A stretch of DNA of 64,000 nt, from assembly GCA_021325275.1 (NCBI GenBank), contig JAJPHL010000033.1:63291-127290 (forward strand), written 5' to 3'. A program made the translations under genes and the position numbers. The notes under the pieces are model-generated. The model ran no database searches. It had not been told where the DNA came from and worked only from the letters and a program-made list of their open reading frames with translations. Below are positions 34,401-43,711 of the stretch, piece after piece. The first letter of the stretch is position 1, and every line of letters begins with the position of its first letter. Source of the stretch: Terriglobia bacterium. Its GTDB lineage: Bacteria > Acidobacteriota > Terriglobia > JAJPHL01.

Positions 34401-36212
34401 ATGGACCTTGGTGGATGGGTTCGAGACATTCTCGAACAACCCAAGAATATCGGTTTCACCGCCGCGGACTTGGTGGAGTTCGTGTGGGCGTTCCTGATTG
34501 TCGCGTGCGTGTGCGCATGGCATTGGATCACCGACGCCGTGCGCGTCATCACGCGCCGCACCTGGCTCGCGATGGCGACGCTGGCCGCGCTGCCGGTGGC
34601 GTTGCGTCTGGCATTGCTGGCGAATCATCCCGCGCCGTCGCCGGACCTCTACGACGAGTTCGCGCATCTTCTCACGGCCGATACGCTGCTGCACGGGCGT
34701 CTCGCGAATCCGATGCATCCGATGCATCGTTTCTTCGAGACGTTCTTCGTCTTGCAGGAACCAACGTACAGTTCCATCTATCCGCTTGGGCAAGGCGCGT
34801 TTCTGGCGCTCGGCCGCGCCGTGTTCGGCCATCCATGGGCGGGCGTGCTGCTTTCGACGGCGGCGTTTTGCGCACTTTGTTACTGGATGCTGCTGGCGTG
34901 GACCACGCCGGAATGGGCGCTGGTCGGCGGCCTGCTCGCCGTGGCGGAATTTGGTCCGCTGAATTATTGGATGAACAGCTATTGGGGCGGCAGCGTTCCG
35001 GCGTTGGCCGGATGTCTGGTGTTCGGCGCGATCCCGCGTGTGATGGCGAACTTCGGCGTGATTCCCTCGGCGTTGCTCGGACTCGGCCTGGCGATTCATT
35101 GGCTGACGCGTCCGTACGAAACGGTTTTTCTCTGGCTCGGGGCGGTGATTTACGGTGCGGCCGCGATGCGGAAGTACCCGCGACCATGGCCCTGGCGGCG
35201 AATTGTCCTCGCGAAGGCCGCTTGCATCGCCGTGCTTCTACCCGCGATCGCGATCACGCTCCTGCACGACAAGCGCGTCACAGGGCGCTGGTTGGAATTG
35301 CCGGAAACGCTCAGCATGGAGCAATACGGCGTGCCCGCCGCGCTCACGTTTCAATCGCCGGCCGTAGCGCATCGCGCGTTGACGCCGGAACAAGGACTCG
35401 ATTACCGGATGCAAACGGGATTCGGTCCGCCGGGCGGGGAAACGCTGCGCACGTTTTTTGAACGCCTGGAGTATCGCGTCCGCTTCTATCGTTTCTTCTA
35501 TCTCACGCCGCTGTATCTGGCGCTGCCGTTTTTTTTCCCGCTGCTAAGCCAGTGGCGATTCGCGTGGGTCGCCGCGACGCTCGCGCTGTTCGCCGTGGGG
35601 ATCAACTTTTTCCCGGCGTATCAGCATCATTATCTCGGCGGCGTGGCGTGCTTGTTTGTGCTGGTGAGCGTGGCGTCGCTCGAACGGCTCTCGCGCGTGG
35701 AAATCCGCGGGACACCGGCCGGAAAAGATGGCGCGAAACTGCTGGTGATCGCCTGCGCCGTGCAATTTGTCTTCTGGTACAGCGTGCACGTTTTCGAAAA
35801 CCAAGATTTCACCGCGGCGCTGCGGCCGTATGAGACATGGGATTTCATCAATCATCGCGGGAACGAACGGCGTGCCGTCGTGAATCATCAGTTGGCGCAA
35901 ACGCCAGGGAAGCAGCTGGTTTTCGTACGCTATCGATATCCTGGCCATGCGTTTCAAGACGAGTGGGTTTACAACGCGGCCGACATTGATGGCTCGCGCG
36001 TGGTGTGGGCGCGCGATTTGGGCCCGGACGAAGACGAAAAACTGCGGGTTTACTATCCCGACCGCGCGGCTTGGCTTCTCGAGCCCGACTTCCGTCCGCC
36101 GCGCCTGACCAAGTACGAGCCGCCGCCTCCACCGCCGCCGAAACAGGAGGAAGGCAAGCCGATGAAGATGCAATTGCTGCCGGTCCCGATGGCCAAGCCG
36201 GGAGATCCATAG
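34401..36212 (+). CDS. polytopic membrane protein, GT-C-fold glycosyltransferase-like (ArnT/PMT-like)
   Basis: About 11 TM helices with a DE motif (PDLYDEF) in the first extracytoplasmic loop, as in GT39/GT83 enzymes. C-terminal Pro-rich tail (EPPPPPPPKQ). Confidence 0.5.
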   Translation: MDLGGWVRDILEQPKNIGFTAADLVEFVWAFLIVACVCAWHWITDAVRVITRRTWLAMATLAALPVALRLALLANHPAPSPDLYDEFAHLLTADTLLHGRLANPMHPMHRFFETFFVLQEPTYSSIYPLGQGAFLALGRAVFGHPWAGVLLSTAAFCALCYWMLLAWTTPEWALVGGLLAVAEFGPLNYWMNSYWGGSVPALAGCLVFGAIPRVMANFGVIPSALLGLGLAIHWLTRPYETVFLWLGAVIYGAAAMRKYPRPWPWRRIVLAKAACIAVLLPAIAITLLHDKRVTGRWLELPETLSMEQYGVPAALTFQSPAVAHRALTPEQGLDYRMQTGFGPPGGETLRTFFERLEYRVRFYRFFYLTPLYLALPFFFPLLSQWRFAWVAATLALFAVGINFFPAYQHHYLGGVACLFVLVSVASLERLSRVEIRGTPAGKDGAKLLVIACAVQFVFWYSVHVFENQDFTAALRPYETWDFINHRGNERRAVVNHQLAQTPGKQLVFVRYRYPGHAFQDEWVYNAADIDGSRVVWARDLGPDEDEKLRVYYPDRAAWLLEPDFRPPRLTKYEPPPPPPPKQEEGKPMKMQLLPVPMAKPGDP

Positions 36213-36230
36213 GAAAAGCGCTCGCGGCGT

Positions 36231-36313
36231 TGTCAGAACCATTCGCGGTAGCGAATCGGCGCGCTGCCCATGGATGCGCGATCCCATCCGCTACCGCGGA
36301 TGGTTCTGACAAC
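36231..36313. promoter_or_regulatory. 23-bp inverted repeat (tgtcagaaccattcgcggtagcg ... cgctaccgcggatggttctgacaa) enclosing a 36-bp GC-rich loop; terminator or PadR operator
   Basis: One mismatch between the arms. Sits directly after the GT-C-like gene's stop and 25 nt upstream of PadR module 2. Confidence 0.45.
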
Positions 36314-36337
36314 CGCGGCCAGCCCTTGTAGAATATC

Positions 36338-36691
36338 GTGTCGCGTTATATCGCGATGCGTTATACTGACTTCATGGCTGAACTGAGTCCGCAAGTACTC
36401 CACATTCTCCTGTCACTCGCCGAAAGCGATCAGCACGGTTACGCGATTATGCAGGACGTCGCGGCCCGCACCAATGGGCAACTGCGACTCAGTCCCGGCA
36501 CGCTGTACGGGTCCATCAAGCGCATGCTCGACGACGGCTTGATCGCGGAATTGCGCGCGCGGCCGCTCGAACGGCGTAGGCGCTATCGCCTGACGGCGCT
36601 CGGGCGCCAAGCGCTGAAATCGGAAATCGCGCGAATGTCGGACATGGTGCGACAAGCGAGGGCGTATGGACTCGTACCCAAAAGGGCCTAA
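36338..36691 (+). CDS. PadR family transcriptional regulator (module 2)
   Basis: LHILLSLAESDQHGYAIMQDVAARTNGQLRLSPGTLYGSIKRMLDDGLIAEL...RRYRLTALGRQAL. The true start may be the internal MAELSP. Overlaps the ADOP start by 26 nt. Confidence 0.85.
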   Translation: MSRYIAMRYTDFMAELSPQVLHILLSLAESDQHGYAIMQDVAARTNGQLRLSPGTLYGSIKRMLDDGLIAELRARPLERRRRYRLTALGRQALKSEIARMSDMVRQARAYGLVPKRA

Positions 36692-39287
36692 GTTATATCG
36701 AGCGCTCCTCTACGCGTACCCGGCGGAGTTTCGCCACGAGTACGGCTCGGAGATGGAAGACGCCTTTGCCGGACGTTTAGCCGCAGAGCCTGCCGCACGG
36801 GTATGGATGGCCGCGGCACTCGACGTTTTCATCGCCGCGCCGCGCGAGCATTTCGCCATTCTGAAATCGGACCTGCGTGTAGGCGTCCGGGTGTTCGCGA
36901 AGTCGCCGGTCACGACGTTCGTCGCGTTGCTCTCGATGGCGCTGGGCATCGGTGCGGCGACGGCGGTCTTCAGCTTGGTGTACGCCGTGCTCCTCCGCGC
37001 GTTTCCGTACGGAGACGTCTCGCGGATCGCTTACGTGTGGACACCGAATCCGAAATTCACCGGCGCTCCCCGGGAGCTGGGTCCATCGGTGCCCGATTTT
37101 GCGGCGTGGCGTAAGGAGCAGCGCTCCTTCACCGAATTGGCGGGCTTCAACGAGGGACACTTTCGCGTCAAGAGCGGGAATTCCGTTTCGAACTACGACG
37201 GCGCGTGGGTCACGGGCAATTTCTTCCAAACTTTACGCGCGAATGCAGAACTGGGCCGCACGATCGTTCCGGACGACGATCAACCGGGCCATGACCTTGT
37301 CGCTGTGATCAGCGACGCGATGTGGCACGCCGATTTTGGCGGCGCTCCCGATGTGCTGGGAAAAACGATTGCGCATAGCAAGCAGACGTTTGTGATCATC
37401 GGCGTGATGCCGCATGAGTTTTCCTATCCACATTCGAGCGATTTTCCGCCCACCATCCTCAACGTGGAACGCGCGGATCTTTGGATGCCGTTCGGATGGG
37501 CCGAAAAAAGAATGACCGAGCGCGGGGAGAATTTCGATTCGCTCACGGCGTTCGGACGATTGCGTCCCGGCGTCACGATTCGGCAGGCGCAAGCGGAATT
37601 CGCGGCGATGGAAGCGCGGCTCGACCCGCTCTATCCGGAATTGTTTCGCGGCTGGAGAGTTTTCGTGCAGTCCTTCGCCGACGCCGCGGCGGGTGAAGTC
37701 CGCCTATTGATGTGGCTGCTGCTGGGTGCCGTCGCGATCGTTTTGCTGATCGCGTGCAGCAACGTCGCGGGATTGCTTACGGCCCAGGCCGCGGCGCGCG
37801 TGCATGAAATGGGCGTGCGGGCGGCGCTGGGCGCGGCGCGCGGACGGCTCGTCCGGCAGGTGCTCACCGAATCTCTGATGCTGGCCGTCGCAGGCGGCGC
37901 GCTGGGAACGGCGCTGGCGATGGGCGCGATGCGTCTCGTGGTTCGCTTGAATCCGGGGAATATTCCGCGGCTCGCGGAAATCTCCCTCGACGGCCACGTG
38001 CTGGCGTTTATGTTGGCGGCGACGCTTCTGACCGGAATCGTTTTTGGACTCGCGCCGGCGCTTGTCGCCTCGCGCGTCGACTTGATGGAGTTGCTGAAGT
38101 CGGGCGGTCGCGGACTCGCGGGCGGCCAGCGGCTTCGCGGCAGTTTGGTGACGACGCAAGTCGCACTCGCCGTCGTCTTGCTGTCGTCAGCGGGTTTGCT
38201 TTTGCGCAGCTACTGGAATGTGCAGCGCGTGGAGAAAGGGTTCTCGCTCTCTACCATCACCGGCCTCATCGCCTTGGACCTCGGCAACGACCGATACGCG
38301 ACCGCGCCGAAGCAAGACGCGTTCCGACACGCGGTCTTGCAGCGGGTGCGCGCGATTCCCGGCGTGGAAGCGGCGGGTGCGGTCACCGGGGCGCCGCTGA
38401 GCCACAGTGAGTCGCTGGGATTTCTCGAAGTCGACGGCTATCCGAATTCGAAAGACCAAGTGACCGACGGCCGCCGCGCTACCGACGGCTATTTCGAGGC
38501 CATGGGTATTCGTGTGCTCTCCGGTCGTGCGTTGGCTCCCGCGGATCGCAACGTTGTCGTCATCAGTAAAGGATTCGCGGACCGCTATTTCGCAGGACGC
38601 CAGGCCGTCGGCGGCAAAGTGCGCTTGAGCCATAACGAGGGGGCGCCGTGGTTCACGGTGATCGGCGTAGTCGACGATGTGCGTCACTCGAATTTGGAAG
38701 ACGTGCCGCGCCCGGTTGTCTATCAGCCGATGGGGCAAGGCATCGAGCTGCGCTTGGACGTCGCGATCCGCGCGACGCTGCCGCCGGGGCAGGTCGCGGC
38801 CGCCCTTCGCCAGATTGTCCGCGACATCGATCCGGAATTAAGTGTCGCGCAGTTCCTCACGATGGCGGAACGCGTCGACGAAGCCAGCGCGCGCCGGCGT
38901 TTTCAAGCGGTGATGCTGACGGTTTTCGCCGGGATCGCCGTGTTTCTCCCGCTCGTGGGACTCTATGGACTGATGGCCTACGCGGTGAAACAGCGCACCG
39001 CTGAAATCGGCATTCGCATGACGCTCGGCGCGTCGCGCCGTCGCGTGATCGCGATGGTATTGCGTCAAGGGATCGGGTGGGTCGCGGGCGGAATCGCCGT
39101 GGGACTCGCCGGGGCGCTCGCGAGCGCGAGAGTCGCGGCGAGTTTTCTCTATGGGATCACGCCCGCCGATCCGCTGACCTTCGCGGCCGTTCCTTTGTTC
39201 TTGCTGATCGTGGCGATGATGGCGTCGCTGATCCCGGCGTGGAACGCGGCGCGCATTAATCCCGTAGACGCGCTGCGCAGCGAGTAA
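36666..39287 (+). CDS. ADOP-family duplicated FtsX/MacB-like ABC permease (module 2)
   Basis: 873 aa, two FtsX permease repeats. N-terminal ...VFAKSPVTTFVALLSMALGIGAATAVFS; C-terminal ...INPVDALRSE. Confidence 0.9.
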   Translation: MDSYPKGPKLYRALLYAYPAEFRHEYGSEMEDAFAGRLAAEPAARVWMAAALDVFIAAPREHFAILKSDLRVGVRVFAKSPVTTFVALLSMALGIGAATAVFSLVYAVLLRAFPYGDVSRIAYVWTPNPKFTGAPRELGPSVPDFAAWRKEQRSFTELAGFNEGHFRVKSGNSVSNYDGAWVTGNFFQTLRANAELGRTIVPDDDQPGHDLVAVISDAMWHADFGGAPDVLGKTIAHSKQTFVIIGVMPHEFSYPHSSDFPPTILNVERADLWMPFGWAEKRMTERGENFDSLTAFGRLRPGVTIRQAQAEFAAMEARLDPLYPELFRGWRVFVQSFADAAAGEVRLLMWLLLGAVAIVLLIACSNVAGLLTAQAAARVHEMGVRAALGAARGRLVRQVLTESLMLAVAGGALGTALAMGAMRLVVRLNPGNIPRLAEISLDGHVLAFMLAATLLTGIVFGLAPALVASRVDLMELLKSGGRGLAGGQRLRGSLVTTQVALAVVLLSSAGLLLRSYWNVQRVEKGFSLSTITGLIALDLGNDRYATAPKQDAFRHAVLQRVRAIPGVEAAGAVTGAPLSHSESLGFLEVDGYPNSKDQVTDGRRATDGYFEAMGIRVLSGRALAPADRNVVVISKGFADRYFAGRQAVGGKVRLSHNEGAPWFTVIGVVDDVRHSNLEDVPRPVVYQPMGQGIELRLDVAIRATLPPGQVAAALRQIVRDIDPELSVAQFLTMAERVDEASARRRFQAVMLTVFAGIAVFLPLVGLYGLMAYAVKQRTAEIGIRMTLGASRRRVIAMVLRQGIGWVAGGIAVGLAGALASARVAASFLYGITPADPLTFAAVPLFLLIVAMMASLIPAWNAARINPVDALRSE

Positions 39288-39350
39288 GGACTTCGCGGAC
39301 TACTTGCGTCTTGGCTTCGGCGTAAATGCTGCATGGTTTCCGAACTGGCG
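39258..39350. repeat. ~90-bp direct repeat, copy 1 (ADOP 3' end with opposite-strand grpB C-terminal relic); partner at 40306-40398
   Basis: About 75% nucleotide identity to 40306-40398. The minus-strand translation ETMQHLRRSQDASS... resembles the GrpB C-terminus ETVQHYADAKTQVV.... Confidence 0.65.
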
Positions 39351-39520
39351 AAGATCATGGTGACCGACTAGCGACGATCCAGCCACGTAACCAAGCCGGG
39401 CCAGCCCGCCGTCAACACTCTTCCGGCAATGGACTGGCCCGCTTGGCTTTTCTTGGAATCGCATTGCAAGGGCTTGATTTTCGGTCCGTCTTACGTCAAC
39501 ATGTATACGTGAGAGGTTCT

Positions 39521-39814
39521 ATGGATAAGGTCTTTTCCGCGCGGCTGGGCGTCGAGGTGGTGGAGGAGTTGGAGCGCGCGTGCCGCTTATTGCGAGTCAC
39601 CAAGAAGGATTTTCTGGAAGAGGCGGTCCAGTGCCGAGTCCGCCAATTGGCGCCCGAGGCGGTTCCCGGCGGTCCTGGCAACATCTGGGAAAAAACCTGC
39701 GGGGCCTGGAAGCGCAAGGAGGCGCCGCCGGCAACCATCGCCCGCATTCGCAAGACGATGGAAGACGATTTCCATCGCCATCACCGGCGCAAGAATGCGA
39801 AGTTATCTCGATAG
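39521..39814 (+). CDS. vapB: VapB-like antitoxin (ribbon-helix-helix/CopG-type)
   Basis: 97 aa, MDKVFSARLGVEVVEELERACRLLRVTKKDFLEEAV. RBS gagagg precedes it and it overlaps the PIN gene by 20 nt. Start set at Met 65 codons into the supplied ORF. Confidence 0.7.
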   Translation: MDKVFSARLGVEVVEELERACRLLRVTKKDFLEEAVQCRVRQLAPEAVPGGPGNIWEKTCGAWKRKEAPPATIARIRKTMEDDFHRHHRRKNAKLSR

Positions 39815-40178
39815 CGACGTGCTGATCGGGCACCTTCGCGGCGAGCGCCGGGCGTCCGCGTTACTGCAACGGCTTTCCACTGAAAGCCACGGCGATCTCT
39901 GGATCGGCGCGCTGCAACGCATCGAAATCGTCTTCTTCATGCATCCGCATGAGACCGACGACACTGAAGCGTTCCTGCAGCGCTTCCGCACGGATCCACT
40001 GACGGAAGAGATCGTGGATTCTGCCGGCGTGCTCTATCGCCAGTGGCATCCCTCTCACGGCACGGGCATCAACGATTGCGTCCTGGCAGCCATGGCGTTG
40101 CTCAGCGGAGGCAGGATTTATACCCGGAATCTGAAACATTTCCCGATGCCGGGGCTGTCCGTTGTCCGCGCTTGGTAG
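39795..40178 (+). CDS. vapC: VapC PIN-domain toxin
   Basis: YLDSDVLIGHL... with conserved acidic residues (D6, E, D, D near the C-terminus NDCVLAAMAL). 127 aa. Confidence 0.85.
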   Translation: MRSYLDSDVLIGHLRGERRASALLQRLSTESHGDLWIGALQRIEIVFFMHPHETDDTEAFLQRFRTDPLTEEIVDSAGVLYRQWHPSHGTGINDCVLAAMALLSGGRIYTRNLKHFPMPGLSVVRAW

Positions 40179-40287
40179 AGGAAAGCGCTGAAAGATCAGG
40201 TATTCGATGCCGGGCTCTCCGGCAGATGACGTTATATCGCGAAGCGTTATATTTGTTTGATTGACTGGGCTCAGCCCCCCAAGTGCT

Positions 40288-40821
40288 TCAGATTCTGCTA
40301 TCGCTCGCGGAAAGATCCGGTGGACACCCTGCGCAGCGAGTAAGAATTTCCTTCACCACTTGCGTCTTGGCGTCGGCGTAGTGCTGCACGGTTTCCCATT
40401 CGCTCTGGGCCAACTGCCGTTTGGTTCGCTCGTACAACGCGCGATCCTCAAGATTCGCGCGGAGGTGATCGCGGAACGCGACCATTCGCTCGATCTCCTC
40501 GCAGTCCTCGGAAAAAACATGCAAGTGAACTTCGCTGTCGCGCGAGGTGAACATGCGGTGCTCAAACCAAGCAGGCTCGCGATGACGCAGCGGGAATCCC
40601 GCGGCTTCCAGCGCCAGGACATACGCCGGCTCGTCGGCGGAGTCGGCTACGGCCAGCGTGATGTCGATGATCGGTTTCGCGGCGATTCCCGGGACGGCGG
40701 TGGATCCGGTGTGTTCGATGCGCAACGCGCGCGGGCCCAGTGCCGCGCGAATGCGTGTGGCTTCGCGCTCGAACAGGCGGGGCCATTCGGGATCGTATTC
40801 GGCGAGACGGATCGCGACCAT
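40288..40821 (-). CDS. GrpB family protein (UPF0157 nucleotidyltransferase-like)
   Basis: EYDPEWPRLFEREATRIRAALG...IEHTGSTAVPGIAAKPIIDI...HLHVF is the GrpB signature. Its 3' end lies inside direct-repeat copy 2, which also carries an ADOP C-terminal relic DPVDTLRSE* on the + strand. Confidence 0.85.
   Translation of the reverse strand: MVAIRLAEYDPEWPRLFEREATRIRAALGPRALRIEHTGSTAVPGIAAKPIIDITLAVADSADEPAYVLALEAAGFPLRHREPAWFEHRMFTSRDSEVHLHVFSEDCEEIERMVAFRDHLRANLEDRALYERTKRQLAQSEWETVQHYADAKTQVVKEILTRCAGCPPDLSASDSRI
40306..40398. repeat. ~90-bp direct repeat, copy 2 (grpB 3' end plus ADOP C-terminal relic)
   Basis: ctgcgcagcgagtaag...acttgcgtcttggc.tcggcgta..tgctgca.ggtttcc is shared with 39258-39350. 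Confidence 0.65.
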
Positions 40822-40838
40822 GGTGTATATTGTGGCCC

Positions 40839-41771
40839 ATGCGAATCCTTACTGCCGTTTGTTTCCTCATGGTCGCGGCCGCGGCCCAGGCGCCGCAAAC
40901 TTTTTCGACTCAAATGCCGGCGTCCGTGCCCGCGGTGCAAGGCCCCGTCACCGAGCAGTTCGCGCTGCGCTGGATCGACGTGAAGGCCGGCGACGGCGCG
41001 CCCGCCACGCCTGGAAAGCTCTACAAAGTGCATTACACTGGCTGGCTGCGGGACGGCACGAAGTTCGATTCGTCGCGCGATCGCGAGCCGTTCACGTTCG
41101 TGCAAGGACAGCGCCAGGTGATCGCCGGATGGGAAGCCGGCTTCGAGGGCATGCGCGTCGGCGGACAGCGGCGGCTATTTTTACCATATCAATTGGCGTA
41201 CGGCGAAAAAGGGCAGGGCAACACGATCGGCCCGAAGGCCGAATTGATCTTCGACGTGGAGTTGCTCGACGTGACGGAACCGCCGGCCGTGGCTGTGGCC
41301 GTCGACGTGTTGGTTCCACTGAAGGAAATGGAGGATCAAGTCCAGTCACTGTTGAAAGCCGTGCCCGACGACAAGCTCGACTGGCGGCCGGGACCGGGCG
41401 TGCGGTCGTTCCGCGAAGTTTTTCTGCACATCGCGGCGGGAAACAAATTGATCCTGGCGATCGCCACGAGTCAGCCCAAGGGCGACGACCTGAAGAAACT
41501 GATCGGCGAAGCGCAAGGAGCCGAACATGCCACCGGAGGCAAAGACGCGATCGCCCAGGCGCTGACCGATAGCTTTGCGGCGGTGCGCAAGTCGCTGGAA
41601 TCGGCGCGCGCGGGCGCGTTGGCGCGCGAAGCGGAGTTTTTCGGTACGCCGACAACGCGCCGCGGGGTCTACACGCATCTTGACACGCATATCGCGGAGC
41701 ATTTGGGTCAGTTGATCGCGTACTCGCGCGTGAATGGGATCGTGCCGCCGTGGTCGATGCCGTCGAAGTAG
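40839..41771 (+). CDS. FKBP-type peptidyl-prolyl cis-trans isomerase fused to a C-terminal DinB_2 (DUF664) domain, secreted
   Basis: Signal peptide MRILTAVCFLMVAAAAQA. FKBP core (KLYKVHYTGWLRDGTKFDSSRDREPFTFVQGQRQVIAGWEAGFEGMRVGGQRRLFLPYQLAYG...LIFDVELL). C-terminus W.PGPGVRSFREVFLHIAAG...HIAEHLGQL is DinB-like. Start set at Met 33 codons into the supplied ORF. Confidence 0.75.
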   Translation: MRILTAVCFLMVAAAAQAPQTFSTQMPASVPAVQGPVTEQFALRWIDVKAGDGAPATPGKLYKVHYTGWLRDGTKFDSSRDREPFTFVQGQRQVIAGWEAGFEGMRVGGQRRLFLPYQLAYGEKGQGNTIGPKAELIFDVELLDVTEPPAVAVAVDVLVPLKEMEDQVQSLLKAVPDDKLDWRPGPGVRSFREVFLHIAAGNKLILAIATSQPKGDDLKKLIGEAQGAEHATGGKDAIAQALTDSFAAVRKSLESARAGALAREAEFFGTPTTRRGVYTHLDTHIAEHLGQLIAYSRVNGIVPPWSMPSK

Positions 41772-41772
41772 G

Positions 41773-42165
41773 TTAGAGCAGTTCGATTCGTGCGCGATGG
41801 CCCGGCGCAGCGGCGAGGCGTTTATCGCGCGTTACCAACGGCACACCGAGCGATTCCGCGAGCGCGACGTAAGCGGAGTCGTAGGCCGTTAGGTTCCGTC
41901 GCAGTTCCCAAATCCTCGAAATGAAGAGCACGTGGGAGTATCGCGTAATGGGAAGATGGGCGTAGTCGTCGAGCAATACTGCAACGCGGTCACGATCCAG
42001 ATCGCCGGCGCGCTCCAGCTTGCGCAGTGTTTGAATCACTTCCAGATCCAACAAATGGGGAGCGTGCAGTTGGGCGTCTGCAGCGAACATGCGGTCGGTC
42101 GCGCTTTTCGATCCGGGTTGCCTCAGGAGCCCGTAGACAACCGCGGACGCATCCGGCACCATCAT
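41773..42165 (-). CDS. vapC: VapC PIN-domain toxin (second pair)
   Basis: MMVPDASAVVYGLL...LLDLEVIQTL...DSAYVALAESLGVPLVTRDKRL is the PIN fold with conserved D and E. ATGA overlap with the upstream antitoxin. Confidence 0.8.
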   Translation of the reverse strand: MMVPDASAVVYGLLRQPGSKSATDRMFAADAQLHAPHLLDLEVIQTLRKLERAGDLDRDRVAVLLDDYAHLPITRYSHVLFISRIWELRRNLTAYDSAYVALAESLGVPLVTRDKRLAAAPGHRARIELL

Positions 42166-42392
42166 CGGCTATCGCGGTCCGCGCGGATCAAGTCTTCGAT
42201 GGGAATGGATGGTGTAACCGGCTGGCGGGTTTTCAGGCGCTCGTAGAATTCTTCCATCGTTGGGACGTTAGCCAATCGCTCAATTTCTTCCCGGAGATAG
42301 CCTGAGAGGGACATGCCCTTCTTGGCGGCGCGCGCCTTCAGTTTGCGGTGCACCGGACCGGGGACGTGGCGAATCTGGATCATCGTCGACAT
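42162..42392 (-). CDS. vapB: VapB/FitA-like antitoxin (second pair)
   Basis: 76 aa, MIQIRHVPGPVHRKLKARAAKKGMSLSGYLREEIERLA, i.e. Arc/RHH or plasmid-stability type. Confidence 0.75.
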   Translation of the reverse strand: MSTMIQIRHVPGPVHRKLKARAAKKGMSLSGYLREEIERLANVPTMEEFYERLKTRQPVTPSIPIEDLIRADRDSR

Positions 42393-42552
42393 GCTTCAAT
42401 TCTAGGTGCATGTGCGGCACATGTCAACGAGCGGCGGATCGGCACGGCGGTCACGGCAGGTTGATCCTTCACAGAACTTAGCCTAAAATACAAAGTGGAC
42501 TGTGTTTATAATGTTCATCGCAATCTTTTCTCGCATCTTGGGGAGGGCCACT

Positions 42553-43704
42553 ATGGCAAACCGTTATTCCATTCTCTGGAAGTTGTCGCTGCTCGTGGCG
42601 TTTTGCGCCGCGCCCGTTTTCGCGCAGGTCGGCGCCATTGAAGGCGACGTCAAGAACGCCGACGGATCGCCCGCCATCGGGGCGCAGATCGTCATCGACC
42701 GCACCGACATGAAGGGCCACTACGACGTCAAGGTGAAAGACAAGAAGACCGGCCACTACTACTACGGCGGCCTTCCGCTCGGCACGTACAAGGTGTCGGT
42801 GGTCATCGACGGGAAACCCATGGACTCCGTGAGCGGCGTCAGGGTCGGATTGGGCGAGCCCATCAAGGTCGACTTCGACTTGAAGCAAGCGCAATTGCGC
42901 GCGCAAGCGGCGCAAGCGGGCATGGTAATTCCGGAAGCGCAGGCGGGCCAAGCGCAGCCGAAGATCTCCAAGGAAGAACAGGCCAAGATCGAGGAAGTCA
43001 ACAAGAAGAACGAGGAAATCAAGAAGAAGAACGCGGCGCTCACCGGCGGTTTCAATGCCGGTCTCGCCGCCATGCAGGCCAAGGATTATGCGGAAGCCAT
43101 CAAGCAATTCCAGACGGCCGCCGAGGTCGATCCCAACCAGAGCGCCGTTTGGGCGAACATGGGTGAAGCGTACAACCAGTTGTCGAAGACCAAATCCGGC
43201 GACGAGCGCAAAGAGGCGTTGTCCAAGGGCACCGAGGCCTATCAGAAGGCCGTCGATCTCAAGGCGGACGACGGATCGCTGCATCACAACTTGGGTTTGA
43301 TGTACGTGAACTCCGGACAAGTCGACAAGGGCGTGATCGAGTTGAAGAAGGCGGCCGAACTGCAGCCCGCCAATGCCGGACAGTATTACTACAACCTGGG
43401 TGCGGTGCTCATCAACAACAATCGCACCGACGAAGCCGTGCAAGCGTTCCAAGACGCCGTCAAGGCCGATCCCACCAAAGCCGACGCGTACTTCCAGATC
43501 GGCACGGCGCTGATGGGCAAGGCGACCACCGACACCAAGACGGGCAAGATCACCCCCGCACCGGGTACCATCGAAGGTTTCCAGAAGTATCTGGACCTGT
43601 CGCCGAATGGTCCCAACGCCGAAACGGCGAAAGCGATGATCGCGGCGCTCGGCGGCACGGTGATCACGGAAATCAAATCGGACACCAAGAAGAAGAAGCC
43701 CTAA
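42553..43704 (+). CDS. secreted carboxypeptidase-regulatory-like domain + TPR repeat protein
   Basis: Signal peptide. N-terminal CarbopepD_reg-like beta-sandwich (GAIEGDVKNADGSPAIGAQIVIDRTDMKGHYDVKV...GTYKVSVVIDGKP). Lys/Glu coiled region. Four or five TPRs (AVWANMGEAY, LHHNLGLMY, YYYNLGAVL, AYFQIGTAL). RBS gggaggg. Start set at Met 17 codons into the supplied ORF. Confidence 0.75.
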   Translation: MANRYSILWKLSLLVAFCAAPVFAQVGAIEGDVKNADGSPAIGAQIVIDRTDMKGHYDVKVKDKKTGHYYYGGLPLGTYKVSVVIDGKPMDSVSGVRVGLGEPIKVDFDLKQAQLRAQAAQAGMVIPEAQAGQAQPKISKEEQAKIEEVNKKNEEIKKKNAALTGGFNAGLAAMQAKDYAEAIKQFQTAAEVDPNQSAVWANMGEAYNQLSKTKSGDERKEALSKGTEAYQKAVDLKADDGSLHHNLGLMYVNSGQVDKGVIELKKAAELQPANAGQYYYNLGAVLINNNRTDEAVQAFQDAVKADPTKADAYFQIGTALMGKATTDTKTGKITPAPGTIEGFQKYLDLSPNGPNAETAKAMIAALGGTVITEIKSDTKKKKP

Positions 43705-43711
43705 CGCGGGT

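Noticed and set aside
40658-41572. 304-aa frame-shifted ORF spanning the grpB–FKBP region
   Set aside because: It reads through two opposite-strand genes with strong family signatures. Its translation is Arg/Gly/Ala low complexity.
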